This document shows positions 22,731 through 33,521 of a stretch of 64,000 nucleotides of DNA, in pieces; the stretch's first letter is position 1; the number at the start of each line of letters is the position of its first letter. Both the position numbers and the translations under genes were made by a program. Location of the stretch: contig CAWENG010000004.1 of assembly GCA_963810515.1 (NCBI GenBank), forward strand, positions 1,162,969 to 1,226,968. Direction: 5' to 3'. Source of the stretch: an uncultured Acidobacteriaceae bacterium (GTDB lineage: Bacteria > Acidobacteriota > Terriglobia > Terriglobales > Acidobacteriaceae). The notes beneath the pieces are model-generated. The model saw only the letters and a program-made list of their open reading frames with translations. It did no database searches and was not told the origin of the DNA.

Positions 22731-24290
22731 ATGCGTGTAAATTCTTCAAAAAAGTGCATTTTTTTCCGGCATGAGACCAGAGCCCGGACGCGCAATGCTC
22801 GTTACCGGCCCGAGCATTGCGGCCTCGTTTTCGAGCAACAGAGGCTGAGTTATCGCGAGTTCAACGCGCGGGTGAATCGATGGGCGAATGCGCTGCTCGA
22901 ACTGGGCGTCGGGAAAGGAGACAAGGTTGCCACCGTCCTGCCGAACTCTCTGGAGTTGCTCGAAACATACTGGGCCGTGGCAAAGATTGGCGCAGTGGCA
23001 GTGCCACTTTCGCCGTTATTGCGCGGTAAAGCGCTGGCCACTCTGATTCGCGATTCCGACGCGACCACAGTGATCGCCGGCGTTGATACTGCCACTGTGT
23101 TGGATGGCATCAGGGCGGAGATTCCTCTGGTTCAACCCGGACGCTACATTCTTGCCGGAAATGCATCGGCGCCCGGCTACCAGTGTTACGCCGCGCTCAC
23201 TGCGGCGGCCCGCGAAACGGAACCTCCAAAGGCCGCGATCAGCGACGCGGATCCTTACAACCTGATCTACAGCAGTGGCACAACCGGACAGCCAAAGGGA
23301 ATTGTTCACAGCCATTTTATCCGCAGCATGTATGCACTTGAGTTTGCATCGGCGTATCGCATGAGGCCGGAGAGCGTGGCGATGAATGCCGGAACGATCG
23401 TGTTCAACGGGGCCTTTGTCACGATGATGCCGGCAATGTATCTGGGTGCGACTTTCGTTCTCAACCGCCGGTTCAGCGCTGAATCGTTCATCGAAACGAT
23501 CGAGCGCGAACAGGTCACTCACGCGATGATGGTTCTGTCGCAAATCGTCGCAGTGCTGAACTCAAGCAGTTTTCGTGCGGCAAGGCTTTTATCGCTTGAA
23601 ATGCTCTGCAGCGTGGGAGCGCCGCTGCATCGCGAACACAAAGAAGAGCTGAATCGGCATCTGCCCGGTCGATTCCATGAGTTGTACGGATTGACGGAGG
23701 GCTTTGCCACGATTCTGGATAAGAACGACTACCCTCGCAAGCCCGAGTCCGTGGGAGTGCCGCTGCCGTTCTCCGAAATGCGGATCGTCAATAGCGAGGG
23801 AAAAGAAGTGCCTGCGGGAGAAGTGGGTGAGATCGTTGGGCGCAGTCCGCTGCTCATGGATGGTTACTACAAACAACCTGCTTTAACGGCCGAGACCATC
23901 GTCGACAGTTGGCTGCACACCGGTGATTTGGGTTATGTGGACGAGGACGGTTTCCTGTTCATGGTTGACCGCAAGAAGGACATGATCGTCTCCGGCGGCG
24001 CCAACGTGTACCCTAAGGACATTGAAGATGTGATTCTGCTGCACCCTGCCGTGCGTGAAGCGGCAGTGTTCGGCGTGCCGCATGAAAAATGGGGCGAGAC
24101 TCCCCTGGCCGCTGTCGTTCTTCGTGGTTCAATTGCCATTCCAGCGGAAGAGTTGACGGACTGGGTCAACGCTCGCGTCGGCGCAAGCTTTCAACGCGTT
24201 AGCGCGGTTGTTATCATGGAAGATTTTCCCCGCAGCACGGCGGGGAAAACGCTGAAGCGCATCCTGCGGGAACCGTACTGGCCCAAGTGA
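22731..24290 (+). CDS. Acyl-CoA synthetase / class I adenylate-forming enzyme; native N-terminus uncertain
   Basis: YSSGTTGQPKG, YGLTEG, WLHTGDLG, DRKKDMIVSGGANVYP and GKTLKR motifs. Confidence 0.9.
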   Translation: MRVNSSKKCIFFRHETRARTRNARYRPEHCGLVFEQQRLSYREFNARVNRWANALLELGVGKGDKVATVLPNSLELLETYWAVAKIGAVAVPLSPLLRGKALATLIRDSDATTVIAGVDTATVLDGIRAEIPLVQPGRYILAGNASAPGYQCYAALTAAARETEPPKAAISDADPYNLIYSSGTTGQPKGIVHSHFIRSMYALEFASAYRMRPESVAMNAGTIVFNGAFVTMMPAMYLGATFVLNRRFSAESFIETIEREQVTHAMMVLSQIVAVLNSSSFRAARLLSLEMLCSVGAPLHREHKEELNRHLPGRFHELYGLTEGFATILDKNDYPRKPESVGVPLPFSEMRIVNSEGKEVPAGEVGEIVGRSPLLMDGYYKQPALTAETIVDSWLHTGDLGYVDEDGFLFMVDRKKDMIVSGGANVYPKDIEDVILLHPAVREAAVFGVPHEKWGETPLAAVVLRGSIAIPAEELTDWVNARVGASFQRVSAVVIMEDFPRSTAGKTLKRILREPYWPK

Positions 24291-24405
24291 ATGAGAGGAA
24301 TCGCTAGCCGAGGGTTGCGGAGCTGGAGGGCAACTCTCCGGCGTTGGAGTTGCCCTGCGTCAGCCACCGCAAACAGTGGTTTGGTTCCCCTCTTCTTTTA
24401 CGGCC

Positions 24406-25521
24406 TCAGGCGGCAGCCTTGAGGGGCGGAATCCACGCGCGCTGCTGGCTTTCCGCCACACCTTTATGGGTCAGCGTGCCCAGCCACGTATTGAGCCCTT
24501 CGGCGAGACCGGCGTCCTGCCTGAGCGCCTCGCGCGCTCCCAAGTTGGCGAGGCGCAAAACGTAAGGGAACGTGGAGTTGGTGAGCGCCAGTGTGGAAGT
24601 GTGCGGCACTGCACCAGGCATATTGGTCACACAGTAGTGCACTACGCCATCGACCATGTAGCTGGGGTTGGAGTGCGAAGTGGGGCGCGCAGTTTCAACG
24701 CAGCCGCCCTGGTCGATGGCCACATCGACGATGACCGCACCCTTTTTCATCTGCGAAACCATGGCGCGCGTGACCAGCCTGGGCGCAGTGGCGCCGGGGA
24801 TGAGCACGCCGCCGATGACGAGATCGGCTTCGCGCGAGGCCTGCGCGATGTTGTAGCTGTTCGAGGCCAGCGTGCAGAGCCGGCCCTGAAAGATGTCGTC
24901 GAGCTCGCGCAGGCGGTTCAGGTTCACGTCGATGAGCGTGACCCTGGCGCCGAAGCCGAGAGCGACGCGCGCCGCGTTGGTGCCCACAATGCCGCCGCCC
25001 AGCACCGCGACATGCGCGGGAGGCACGCCCGGCACGCCGCCCAGCAGGATGCCACGGCCACCGCTTTCTTTCTCGAGATAGCTCGCGCCAACCTGTACAC
25101 TCATGCGGCCGGCCACCTCGCTCATGGGCGTGAGCAGCGGCAACGTGCCGCGCCGGTCGCGCACCGTCTCGTAGGCGATGCCGATCACCTTCGAATCGAG
25201 TAGCGTATCGGTCAGCGAGGGCAGCGGCGCGAGGTGCAGATAAGTGAAAAGGACGAGGCCGTCACGGAAGAAGACGTACTCTTTCTCAATGGGCTCCTTG
25301 ACCTTGACGATCATCTCGGACTTGCCCCAGACATACCCGGGCTCGCCAACGATCTCCGCGCCAGCGTTCTGGTAATCCTCGTCGGGAAAGCCCGAGCCCG
25401 CGCCGGCCTGTGTCTCCACCAGCACCTTGTGGCCATCCTCGGTAAGCGCCTTGGCGCCCGCGGGTGTAATACCTACGCGGGCTTCGTTGTCCTTGATCTC
25501 TTTGGGAACGCCGATAATCAT
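24406..25521 (-). CDS. ald: Alanine dehydrogenase
   Basis: [44 protein letters not shown] and [11 protein letters not shown] motifs; 371 aa. Confidence 0.96.
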   Translation of the reverse strand: MIIGVPKEIKDNEARVGITPAGAKALTEDGHKVLVETQAGAGSGFPDEDYQNAGAEIVGEPGYVWGKSEMIVKVKEPIEKEYVFFRDGLVLFTYLHLAPLPSLTDTLLDSKVIGIAYETVRDRRGTLPLLTPMSEVAGRMSVQVGASYLEKESGGRGILLGGVPGVPPAHVAVLGGGIVGTNAARVALGFGARVTLIDVNLNRLRELDDIFQGRLCTLASNSYNIAQASREADLVIGGVLIPGATAPRLVTRAMVSQMKKGAVIVDVAIDQGGCVETARPTSHSNPSYMVDGVVHYCVTNMPGAVPHTSTLALTNSTFPYVLRLANLGAREALRQDAGLAEGLNTWLGTLTHKGVAESQQRAWIPPLKAAA

Positions 25522-25799
25522 ATGCTGCTCCTTTTCATGGGTTCGCGCCTCTTAAATTGGCCAAACCCGGCTCGGACTCCACTACGCAATCAGTAAGTAA
25601 GCAATACAAATCGACTTGCACTCGGTATAGGCTTCGATCGCGCTGCGGCCATTAGATTCTTATCCTTTTTCTCAGTTGCCGCGCGCCCGGCAAAAGGCGC
25701 GCGTGCAGGGACATCCTGCGATTGAGCCTTCCGTACTAAGAAGGAACGGCTCGTGCCGTGCAGGCCGCTCCTTCTTCGATTTGTTCAAGCGGCAGCCGG

Positions 25800-27182
25800 T
25801 CAGCGCCGATCCAACTTAGCAAATGCTTCGCGAAGCACATCTGCCGCACGATCCACATCTGCCTTGCTGAAAACCAGCGGCGGCGAAAGGATGATCTTGT
25901 GGCCGACGGAACGTACCAAGACGCCTTGACCCTTGCAGTATTCGTAAATTGAGATTGGGAATGGATGGCCCGGCGGATAAGCTTCCTGCGACTGCTTATC
26001 CATCACCATCTCAATGCCTATCATCAAGCCCTTGCCACGTACATCGCCGACGGATGGGAAGGGGAGAAGTTCCTGCTGCAACCGGCTTATGAAATAAGTC
26101 CCCTGCTTGCCGGCGTTCTCGGTCAGTTGTTCTCGTACCACGATGTCCAGACTGGCGATGCCAGCGGCACAAGCAACCGGATGGCCGGAGTAAGTGTAGC
26201 CGTGCATGACCAGCGCATAGGGCGAATCGCTGTTCCAGGCTTCGGCGACGCGGTCGTTCACAACCGTCGCCCCGAGCGGCACGTAAGCGGAACTAATCCC
26301 CTTGGCGAAGTTCATAATGTCAGGCTTGACGCCCCAGCCGCGGCTGCCCAGGAACGACCCGGTACGGCCGAACCCAGTGACCACTTCATCGGAAATCAGC
26401 AGTACGTCGTTGCGATCGCAAACCTCCCGGACCAGCGGCCAGTAATTGGGAGGCGGCACGTACACCCCGCCGGCCCCTTGCACCGGCTCGGCGATAAAGG
26501 CAGCGACCGTCTCTGGACCGAGGTATTGGATTTCGCGCTCCAGTTCCCGGGCGCAGATCTTGCCCAGCTCCTCGGGATCCTTCGTCCAGCGATTGCGATA
26601 TAACACCGGGCTTTCCACCTGATGGAAATCAGGCATGCCGGGACCGTAAGCCAACCGATAGATGTTGATGCCGCAGGCCGACATGCCCCCGAAATGCAAG
26701 CCGTGATAAGCGTCCTTGAGCGAGATGATTTTCACTTTGGAAGGCTTGCCTTTGAGTTTCCAGTACTGCCGCGCCAGTTTGAACGAGGTTTCCGCTGCGT
26801 CCGATCCCCCTGAGGAGAACAAGACTTTCGCGGCGTTCTCGGGCTGCAATAGATCGATGAGCTTGGCCGACAGTTCAATCGAAGGCGGATTGCTCGTGCC
26901 CGCAAAAGTTGAGTAGTAGGCGATGCGATTCAACTGGTCAATGATTGCCTGGTTCATCTCGGGCCGATTGTGCCCCACGTTCACATTCCAAAGACCAGCA
27001 GTGCAATCCAGGTAGGTGTTGCCGTCGACATCGGTGACATGGACCCCGGATCCGCTGGCGATAATCAGCGGCGGATTCATCTCCGTCATCCGCGGAGCAG
27101 TCATCGGATAAAAGGTATTCCGCGTATTGTTCTCCTTGATGGAGCTTACTGACGTAGCTTCTTGCAATATTTGCGGGTTCAT
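25800..27182 (-). CDS. Class III PLP aminotransferase (omega-amine/polyamine:pyruvate type)
   Basis: GLWNVNVGH, AEPVQGAGG, DEVVTGFGRTG, PDIMNFAKG and HGYTYSGHP motifs. Confidence 0.92.
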   Translation of the reverse strand: MNPQILQEATSVSSIKENNTRNTFYPMTAPRMTEMNPPLIIASGSGVHVTDVDGNTYLDCTAGLWNVNVGHNRPEMNQAIIDQLNRIAYYSTFAGTSNPPSIELSAKLIDLLQPENAAKVLFSSGGSDAAETSFKLARQYWKLKGKPSKVKIISLKDAYHGLHFGGMSACGINIYRLAYGPGMPDFHQVESPVLYRNRWTKDPEELGKICARELEREIQYLGPETVAAFIAEPVQGAGGVYVPPPNYWPLVREVCDRNDVLLISDEVVTGFGRTGSFLGSRGWGVKPDIMNFAKGISSAYVPLGATVVNDRVAEAWNSDSPYALVMHGYTYSGHPVACAAGIASLDIVVREQLTENAGKQGTYFISRLQQELLPFPSVGDVRGKGLMIGIEMVMDKQSQEAYPPGHPFPISIYEYCKGQGVLVRSVGHKIILSPPLVFSKADVDRAADVLREAFAKLDRR

Positions 27183-27244
27183 TTTTCTCCCTCCGTTTTA
27201 ACAGTTCGTGGAAATCGCGCGCCTGTATGACTCTCGAATCCGAT

Positions 27245-27295
27245 TACACCGGATTAGGAACAGAATCAAATTCCTTACGTGAATTCCTAATCTGG
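27245..27295. mobile_element. Internally deleted MITE-like end pair (same family as 41909-42063)
   Basis: TACACCGGATTAGGAA...TTCCTTACGTGAATTCCTAATCTGG matches both ends of the 41909 element. Confidence 0.65.
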
Positions 27296-27327
27296 CCTGG
27301 CGCCCGGTACAGCGCCAGATTCAGAGC

Positions 27328-27450
27328 GATCATAGGCCTGTAGGTGGTTCCAATGTGTGCAAAGTTTGTACTAAAACGGTTCTGTGGAAGCGAAACGTGA
27401 TCAAGAAGGCCATCCTATGCAAGAATCCAGCGAACTGGTCGCAAGACCGG
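27328..27450 (+). repeat. Diverged 123-bp copy of the lrp promoter and first codons (other copy at 32929-33051)
   Basis: Gapless alignment at offset 5601; ATG CAA GAA TCC AGC GAA CTG here versus TTG CAT GAA TCG AGC GAA CTG in lrp. Confidence 0.85.
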
Positions 27451-27472
27451 CGGCACTGAGCGCTGCTGCCGG

Positions 27473-28600
27473 CTACGTGCCGCACTCATGGGTCCCAGCC
27501 ACATAGGCTTCCATATTCGCCGGAGGCGTATTGAAAGGAGCGTCGCACCCGGGATTCATGATGAAGCCCCTGGGCCCGAGATCGCGGATCAATTCCTTGA
27601 CGTATTTGTAAACATCTTCCGGCGTCCCTGCCGCCAGTAGCGACGATGGAACGTCTCCGAGAAATACCATGTGGTCGCCTAAAATTTCTTTCGCCCGGCG
27701 GATGTTCGTCGCACCATCCAGCGCAAGTACGCAGCCCTTGGGCAATTCGAGAAATCGGGCGATGTCCCGATCCCAGTTCTGGTCAAAGTGCAGTACGCAT
27801 CGAATCCCCCGCTCGTGCAATTTCGTGATTAGTTCGTAGTAGTAAGGGAAAATAAGCCGGTTCCAGATCTTCGCTGAGACCATCGCGCTCGCCGCTCGCC
27901 AACCGCCCACCCAGGTACACTTCACACCGCAAACATCCGTCGCTTCAATAGCACTCTGAATATAGAAAGGCTGCATAACATCGAGGGCGGCTTTAACTTT
28001 GTCCGGCATGCGATAGCAATCGAAAAAGAATTTTTCCATCGATCGCGCCCCACAGAGCGCCTCAAAAGGAATGGTGGTGGCTGTGCCGGACAGCACTGCA
28101 TAGCCCCGCGAATAATAACGGCGAGGCAGGTCCGCATAGTTGGCCGCGATCCACGCATTATGCTTCTCCAGCAGATCCGGCTTCTGCACCTGGGCAAGCA
28201 TAGTGGATGCAAACGCCTCCCATCCTTTGTTCAGGATGACGTCGTAGTCTTCCACCTTCATCGTTTCTTCTTCAAGTACCTGCCACAGGGTATTTTCCGG
28301 CAGCTCACGTCCGGGAATATCGACCTGGGAAAGCCATAAACTGCTTAGCTCGCAGGGAAGTAGACCGACGGTCATCGCGTTGATGCCATCGATATCGCCC
28401 AAAGCGTCCATGGCATCCAGGTCTGCCCTCCAGGCCGCATCGGGATCTGTGCAGTATCTTGAAAGCGGCATACCTTGAGAGATGGGAGCATAGGCGGTGC
28501 CGAAGAAAAGAATTGGAATGCGGTCCACCGGTTCATAGTTCAGCGCTTTTCGGATTCGAGCATCACGCTGATGCCAGAGTTCCAGCCTGTCTTCAGACAT
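27473..28600 (-). CDS. Uroporphyrinogen decarboxylase-superfamily protein (MtaA/CmuA-like)
   Basis: EPVDRIP N-terminus; C-terminal AKEILGDH..LGDVP..GTPEDV..GFIMNPGCDAP..PPANM. Start taken at MSEDRL. Confidence 0.8.
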   Translation of the reverse strand: MSEDRLELWHQRDARIRKALNYEPVDRIPILFFGTAYAPISQGMPLSRYCTDPDAAWRADLDAMDALGDIDGINAMTVGLLPCELSSLWLSQVDIPGRELPENTLWQVLEEETMKVEDYDVILNKGWEAFASTMLAQVQKPDLLEKHNAWIAANYADLPRRYYSRGYAVLSGTATTIPFEALCGARSMEKFFFDCYRMPDKVKAALDVMQPFYIQSAIEATDVCGVKCTWVGGWRAASAMVSAKIWNRLIFPYYYELITKLHERGIRCVLHFDQNWDRDIARFLELPKGCVLALDGATNIRRAKEILGDHMVFLGDVPSSLLAAGTPEDVYKYVKELIRDLGPRGFIMNPGCDAPFNTPPANMEAYVAGTHECGT

Positions 28601-28811
28601 CTGCCGCCCTCGTTGTTGGCAAGTGCGCTCAAGAGGTTGCAACTTGTCCAAGTTGTCATTCAAGAGCTACTGGGTCTCTGACCGCGCGATTTCACTCATC
28701 GATCTCGTGCCTCTCACAGGACTCAAATTCGAGATCTCCACCCCGCGGACGAAGAACTGTCCACGGGATAGAATTGAGCGGTCAGATATCAAACGACAAA
28801 AACCTGCTCCT

Positions 28812-31800
28812 TCAAAATGCGTATCTCAAGGCAAATTGCACGAGCCGTGGCGTACCGATGACCTGGTTGACTTTTCCAAAGGTGGTGCTGCCTGCCGCTA
28901 TTGCGGGCTCTATGTCGACGGGATACGCCGGGTTGGCGAACGATGTCGTGTTCGTAAGATTGAAGAACTCAGCCGAAAATTTCACTTGCTGGTGCTCTCT
29001 CAAGTTGAATGACCTGTTGACCGAGAAATCCAGGTTTATCTGGCGCGGCCCGTGGAAGCAGTTGCGCGGAACGTCGCCAAATCCTGTTGAGAGGTCAGGG
29101 CTGTTGGGAGCGGGGGGAGCGGGCACAAATGCATTGAGGTTGAGATAGCCACCCAGACGGCTTTCCGTGCTCCCGGAACTGAAGGCGTTGGAACAACCGA
29201 AGCCAGGTGCGAAGTCGGGGGTTACCAGGTCGGGACTGCTAAGGCCGCCATACACGCTGCCGCCGGCCGAATCCACCACTGTGAAGGGCGTACCGGTCTG
29301 GAGAGTAAACACACCGCTGAACTCCCAGCCACGCAACGCCTGCCCAGCGAAGTCGTGTCGCTGGGCAAAGAATGGCGAAGCGTAATCATAACTGGTTACC
29401 CAGCGCTGACGCCGGTCGAAATCCGAAGGCCCATAAGAGGCAGCGCCGGTAAGTTGATTGTTAAGGCGCGAGTCGAATGCCACGGAAGCGTTCGAGGTAT
29501 CGTCGAAGGCCTTGGAATAGGTATAGGCGCTGTGCATCGTCAGCCCTTCGGTGATACGGTGGGACACGGTTACATCCAGGCCATTGTAGTGGGAGTTTGC
29601 GTCCTGGCCGAACTTTTCATAGCCAAAGGGCGAAGTGCCCAAGTTGGGAGACCGCGCTACCACGTTGGCAAAGGTGTTTTGCGTAATGGTATAGGTCTGA
29701 CCATAAATTGGACTGTTCGGATCCTTCACCGTCAGAGTGATCGGTTGACTCGGGCTGGCCAGCGTGGGTTGGTTGGCGTCATTCACCTCGCGCAAGTGGG
29801 ATCCCTTGGAGCCAAAGTAACCGACTTCGAGTGTCCAGTCTTTGCCGAGAGAACGTTCTACAGTGAGGTTCCATTGCTGCATGGTGGGTGACACAAACTT
29901 CCGGGGGATCTGCGGCGCAAAGTCATAGAGCGAGTTCCCGCTGAAACAGGGAGCTCCGAAAGTGGTGTCGTTGGAATGGGCAATGTCATCGCAAAGGCCG
30001 TCGGCGCTGAATCCCTGGAACAGTGAAGCGGTGGGAACAGAATTGGCATTTATCTCGCCGATCGCCGGCACCTGATTGGGAGCCTGACTAAAGAAAGTGG
30101 CCAGACCGCCTGGGTTAGGATTCATTCCTGCCGGCGCAACCTGGGGCATTACCGGTGGGGTAAGGATCATGTTCTCCAGAGCGCCGATATCTTCGCGGAT
30201 CGTGTAGATGCCGTAGCCGGTGCGAATCGAGGTGGTGTGGTGGCCGCCCACATCGTAGGCCAGGCCGATACGCGGTTGGAAGACTTTTGTATAGTTGTTA
30301 TCCAGCCCCGTCCGCTGTGCGGTGCCCGCTACGCCCGGCAGTTTGAACTGATCAATGCACTTGGGCCAGAAGAAGCCCTGCCCGGTGGATGCCAGGAGGC
30401 TCGGATCAAAGTTGCCTTCGTGGCAAAGCGCATCGTAGGGCGCTCCGTTGAAATCGACGCGGAAACCAAGGTTTACGGTCACAGTCTTGGTAACGCGATA
30501 ATCGTCCTGAGCAAATGCGGAGGAGTTTGGGATTTTGTAATCGTGATTGGCGAGGCCGCCAGCGACCAAGGTTCCGGGAGCAAGGTTGCCAACCAGGAAG
30601 TTCTGGAAATCGTTATAAAACCCAAAAGGAGATGGGAAGGGTGAAAAGAAGAGGAACCCATCGTCGTCAATGGGATTGAAGCGGCGCACGTCGGCGTGAT
30701 CATACCCGCCACCAAAGCGGAAGCTGTGACCCCCATGCACCCAGCTCAGGGTCTCGATAAGGGAGAGCCCATCAGAGAGGCTCCACATGGGGGAGCTGGG
30801 GAAGGGGCCCATTTGAAATCCGAGTGAGGCAAAATTCAGCCGGTACATATCGGACGAAACGTTATTCGTGGGCCGTTCAATTCCCAGGTCCTGCGCCGTC
30901 ACCGGAGCAATGTTCCGGAACTTGTATCCGATGACATTGACACCGAAACGGATATCGTTCACCAGGTGGTCGGTAAAGACATGAGTCTCCGCCAGACTGC
31001 CAAAGCGGTTGCGCAGCGGAATGTCGATGGGGAAGTCCAAATTGTTCTGCAACCCCACGCCTCCGTTCAGCAGCTGGAATGAGTCGCCGCCGAACGGCTG
31101 TTTCGTTTCCGAGTCAGAGTAGAAGAAGCGCCCGGCCACGCTATCCTTACCACCGTTGAAATTACGGTCCCAGTTCGCGGTAAACTGATTGTCGGTAAAG
31201 TGACCGGGAAGGCTGACACGGAAGGGAACGATGTCTCCGGGAGCTGCTGAGGCCGAAGGCAAGGGAAAAAGGTATCCACCGGCGTTCGGGCCAAACTGGT
31301 TGCTCTTGAATTGCAGCAGAGCGACGGCCATAGGATCCAGAGCTTCTACGGGCACTCCAAAATCGTTCGCCAAGGCGATCGCCGAGGAGCGGTCCGCCGC
31401 TGGAATGTAAGGAATGTTGGTGCTGATGATTGTCCCCGGTGAATCACCGCTCTGCTGGCGGGTGCCCTGGTAGTTGAGGAAGAAGAAACCCAGCTTCGCA
31501 CCCGTCCCGACGGGCCCGCCCACGCTGCCGCCAAAAATGTTCTGTTGAATTGCGGGCCGTTTCAGCCCATATCCTTTGAGGAAGAAATCATTGGCGTTGA
31601 GCACCGTGTTGCGGAAATACTCGAACGCGTCGAAGTGAAAACTACTGGTGCCCGTTTTCAGAATGGCATTGATGTTTCCGCCGCCATTGCGGCCCTGAGT
31701 GGCATCGTAAAGGCTGGTGCCGACCTTGAATTCCTGGACTGAGTCGGGACTGGGAAGGGGCGAAAAAGTAAGTTCGCCCTGGTTGGTGGGGTCGTTGGCG

Positions 31801-32417
31801 CCGAGACCCTCAATCTGATAGTTGTTATCGTCTTCCCGGCCGCCATTCACATCGATGCGGACATCGCCACGGCCCAACTGCGCAGCAGCGTTCAAAGAGG
31901 AAGATGCTCCCGCAGAGAGGGCCAATAACTGCTGAAAGTTGCGGGTAGCGAGAGGGAGCTCGCGAATGGCCGAGCCGGTGAGCGAATTTCCCGATGTAGC
32001 CGTTGTGGTTTCGAGAGCTTCTCCCTCGACTTCGACGTTCACAGTTTGGACGTCAGTCGTCGCTTTCAGAGTTATCGGGAGGCTCGTCGTTTCGGAAACG
32101 CGCACTTCGACGTTTTTCACCACCGTCACGGCAAAACCGGGAGAGCTGATCTTGGCGGTATAGGTGCTCGCCGGAAGGAGTGTGAAGGTAAAGAGTCCTG
32201 TGGAGTTGGTGGATTCTGTACGCACTGTCTCTCCGGTGGTCGTGTTCAGCAACTGAACTTGCGCACCCACAATGACGGCGCCAGTCGCATCCTGGACTTC
32301 ACCAACAAGCGCGCCCGTTGCACCGCCTTGAGCTAGAAGCTGGAACGGGACAGCCAGGGAGACTGTGAGAAACGGAACGATCCAGAACAGAATGCTTTTT
32401 TTCACTTGCCGAGCCAT
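28812..32417 (-). CDS. Oar-like TonB-dependent transporter with carboxypeptidase-regulatory N-domain
   Basis: Signal peptide, GEVQDATGAVIVGA, LPLATRNF, SVQEFKV, EYFRN..LNANDFF, QPRIGLAYD; ends PRLVQFALRYAF. AGGAGGC RBS precedes ATG 32417. Confidence 0.92.
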   Translation of the reverse strand: MARQVKKSILFWIVPFLTVSLAVPFQLLAQGGATGALVGEVQDATGAVIVGAQVQLLNTTTGETVRTESTNSTGLFTFTLLPASTYTAKISSPGFAVTVVKNVEVRVSETTSLPITLKATTDVQTVNVEVEGEALETTTATSGNSLTGSAIRELPLATRNFQQLLALSAGASSSLNAAAQLGRGDVRIDVNGGREDDNNYQIEGLGANDPTNQGELTFSPLPSPDSVQEFKVGTSLYDATQGRNGGGNINAILKTGTSSFHFDAFEYFRNTVLNANDFFLKGYGLKRPAIQQNIFGGSVGGPVGTGAKLGFFFLNYQGTRQQSGDSPGTIISTNIPYIPAADRSSAIALANDFGVPVEALDPMAVALLQFKSNQFGPNAGGYLFPLPSASAAPGDIVPFRVSLPGHFTDNQFTANWDRNFNGGKDSVAGRFFYSDSETKQPFGGDSFQLLNGGVGLQNNLDFPIDIPLRNRFGSLAETHVFTDHLVNDIRFGVNVIGYKFRNIAPVTAQDLGIERPTNNVSSDMYRLNFASLGFQMGPFPSSPMWSLSDGLSLIETLSWVHGGHSFRFGGGYDHADVRRFNPIDDDGFLFFSPFPSPFGFYNDFQNFLVGNLAPGTLVAGGLANHDYKIPNSSAFAQDDYRVTKTVTVNLGFRVDFNGAPYDALCHEGNFDPSLLASTGQGFFWPKCIDQFKLPGVAGTAQRTGLDNNYTKVFQPRIGLAYDVGGHHTTSIRTGYGIYTIREDIGALENMILTPPVMPQVAPAGMNPNPGGLATFFSQAPNQVPAIGEINANSVPTASLFQGFSADGLCDDIAHSNDTTFGAPCFSGNSLYDFAPQIPRKFVSPTMQQWNLTVERSLGKDWTLEVGYFGSKGSHLREVNDANQPTLASPSQPITLTVKDPNSPIYGQTYTITQNTFANVVARSPNLGTSPFGYEKFGQDANSHYNGLDVTVSHRITEGLTMHSAYTYSKAFDDTSNASVAFDSRLNNQLTGAASYGPSDFDRRQRWVTSYDYASPFFAQRHDFAGQALRGWEFSGVFTLQTGTPFTVVDSAGGSVYGGLSSPDLVTPDFAPGFGCSNAFSSGSTESRLGGYLNLNAFVPAPPAPNSPDLSTGFGDVPRNCFHGPRQINLDFSVNRSFNLREHQQVKFSAEFFNLTNTTSFANPAYPVDIEPAIAAGSTTFGKVNQVIGTPRLVQFALRYAF

Positions 32418-32821
32418 AGGAGCCTCCTTAAGGCGGAAATGGATTCGCGTCCTTGGAATGGGTGTGCCAAATGATGCACCCTGCCATTTCCGCGATCTGT
32501 GATTACTTGCAATGCTGGAATCGCAGCACGGTTCCAACCTCTGCTGTTCGCGCTACCCCGCGCTGGATTTGCGAAACGTATCCTCTATCAACGTCGAACT
32601 CGGTATCGATTGCGGTGCTGCGAGTCTATCGTCGGTCCCGTGAGAACGATATAAAGAATCGCGAGCCGCCGCTGCTGAGTAAATGTTCGAAACTGCGGCG
32701 CTACATCCGCGCCACAATCGGCCGCAGAAAAAATCCTGATCTCATCGGGAATCGAGCATCCTGCCAAAACACTCCCGCAGCTTGATTGCTGGTGCTGTGG
32801 AAGAACGGCTGATCCCATTAC

Positions 32822-32920
32822 GTGATATAGCGCACAATCTAGTCTCCTGTCTCAAGCTATGACTGTGATGCCAATCACAATGTCGCAATTGAAGGCTTGT
32901 TTTGAAGTGAGAATGGTCAC
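32822..32920. promoter_or_regulatory. Three CRP/FNR/Rex-like boxes in the TBDT-lrp divergent region
   Basis: GTGATATAGCGCACA (32822), perfect TGTGATGCCAATCACA (32864) and GTGAGAATGGTCAC (32907); 42-43 bp spacing. Confidence 0.6.
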
Positions 32921-33017
32921 TGGAGAGGGATCATAGGTCTCGAGGCGGTTCCAATGTGTGCAAAGTTTATGGTAAAAGGGCTCTATGGGAACGAAACGTG
33001 ATCAAGAAAGCCATGTT

Positions 33018-33521
33018 TTGCATGAATCGAGCGAACTGGCCGCGAGACCGGGGGGGCAGAGCAATGCTAACAGCCTTGACGAACTGGATGCGGCCATTCT
33101 GCGCTATCTGGAGCGCCACGGCCGCGCCACCAACTACGAGGTGGGCGAAGCTGTGGGACTCTCGGCTTCAGCGGCTTCGCGGCGGATCCTCGCGCTCGAG
33201 AGTTCCGGCGCTATCCGCGGTTATCGCGCGATAATCGACGACCGGCTTCTGGGCAAACCGATGACGGTCTACATCCGCGTGATGCTGGAGAAGCAGTCGG
33301 CTGCCGTTCTTGGCGCATTCGAAACGGCTGTGCGCCGTTGCAAGGATATTGTGAGTTGCCATCTGCTGGCCGGCCAGTACGATTACATCCTGGTGGCGCG
33401 CGTGGCCGGGATAGACGATTACGGGCGACTGCATCAGAATGAACTGTCGCGGCTGCCCGGGGTGACGCGGCTGGAGACGAGCTTCACGATGCGCGACGTG
33501 CTGGAGGGAAAAAACCGTTAG
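33018..33521 (+). CDS. Lrp/AsnC-family transcriptional regulator
   Basis: LDELDAAILRYL..GR..VGLSASAASRRILALESSGAIRGY HTH; CHLLAGQYDY. The TTG start is inferred from the duplicated copy, which has ATG at the same position. Confidence 0.92.
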   Translation: MHESSELAARPGGQSNANSLDELDAAILRYLERHGRATNYEVGEAVGLSASAASRRILALESSGAIRGYRAIIDDRLLGKPMTVYIRVMLEKQSAAVLGAFETAVRRCKDIVSCHLLAGQYDYILVARVAGIDDYGRLHQNELSRLPGVTRLETSFTMRDVLEGKNR

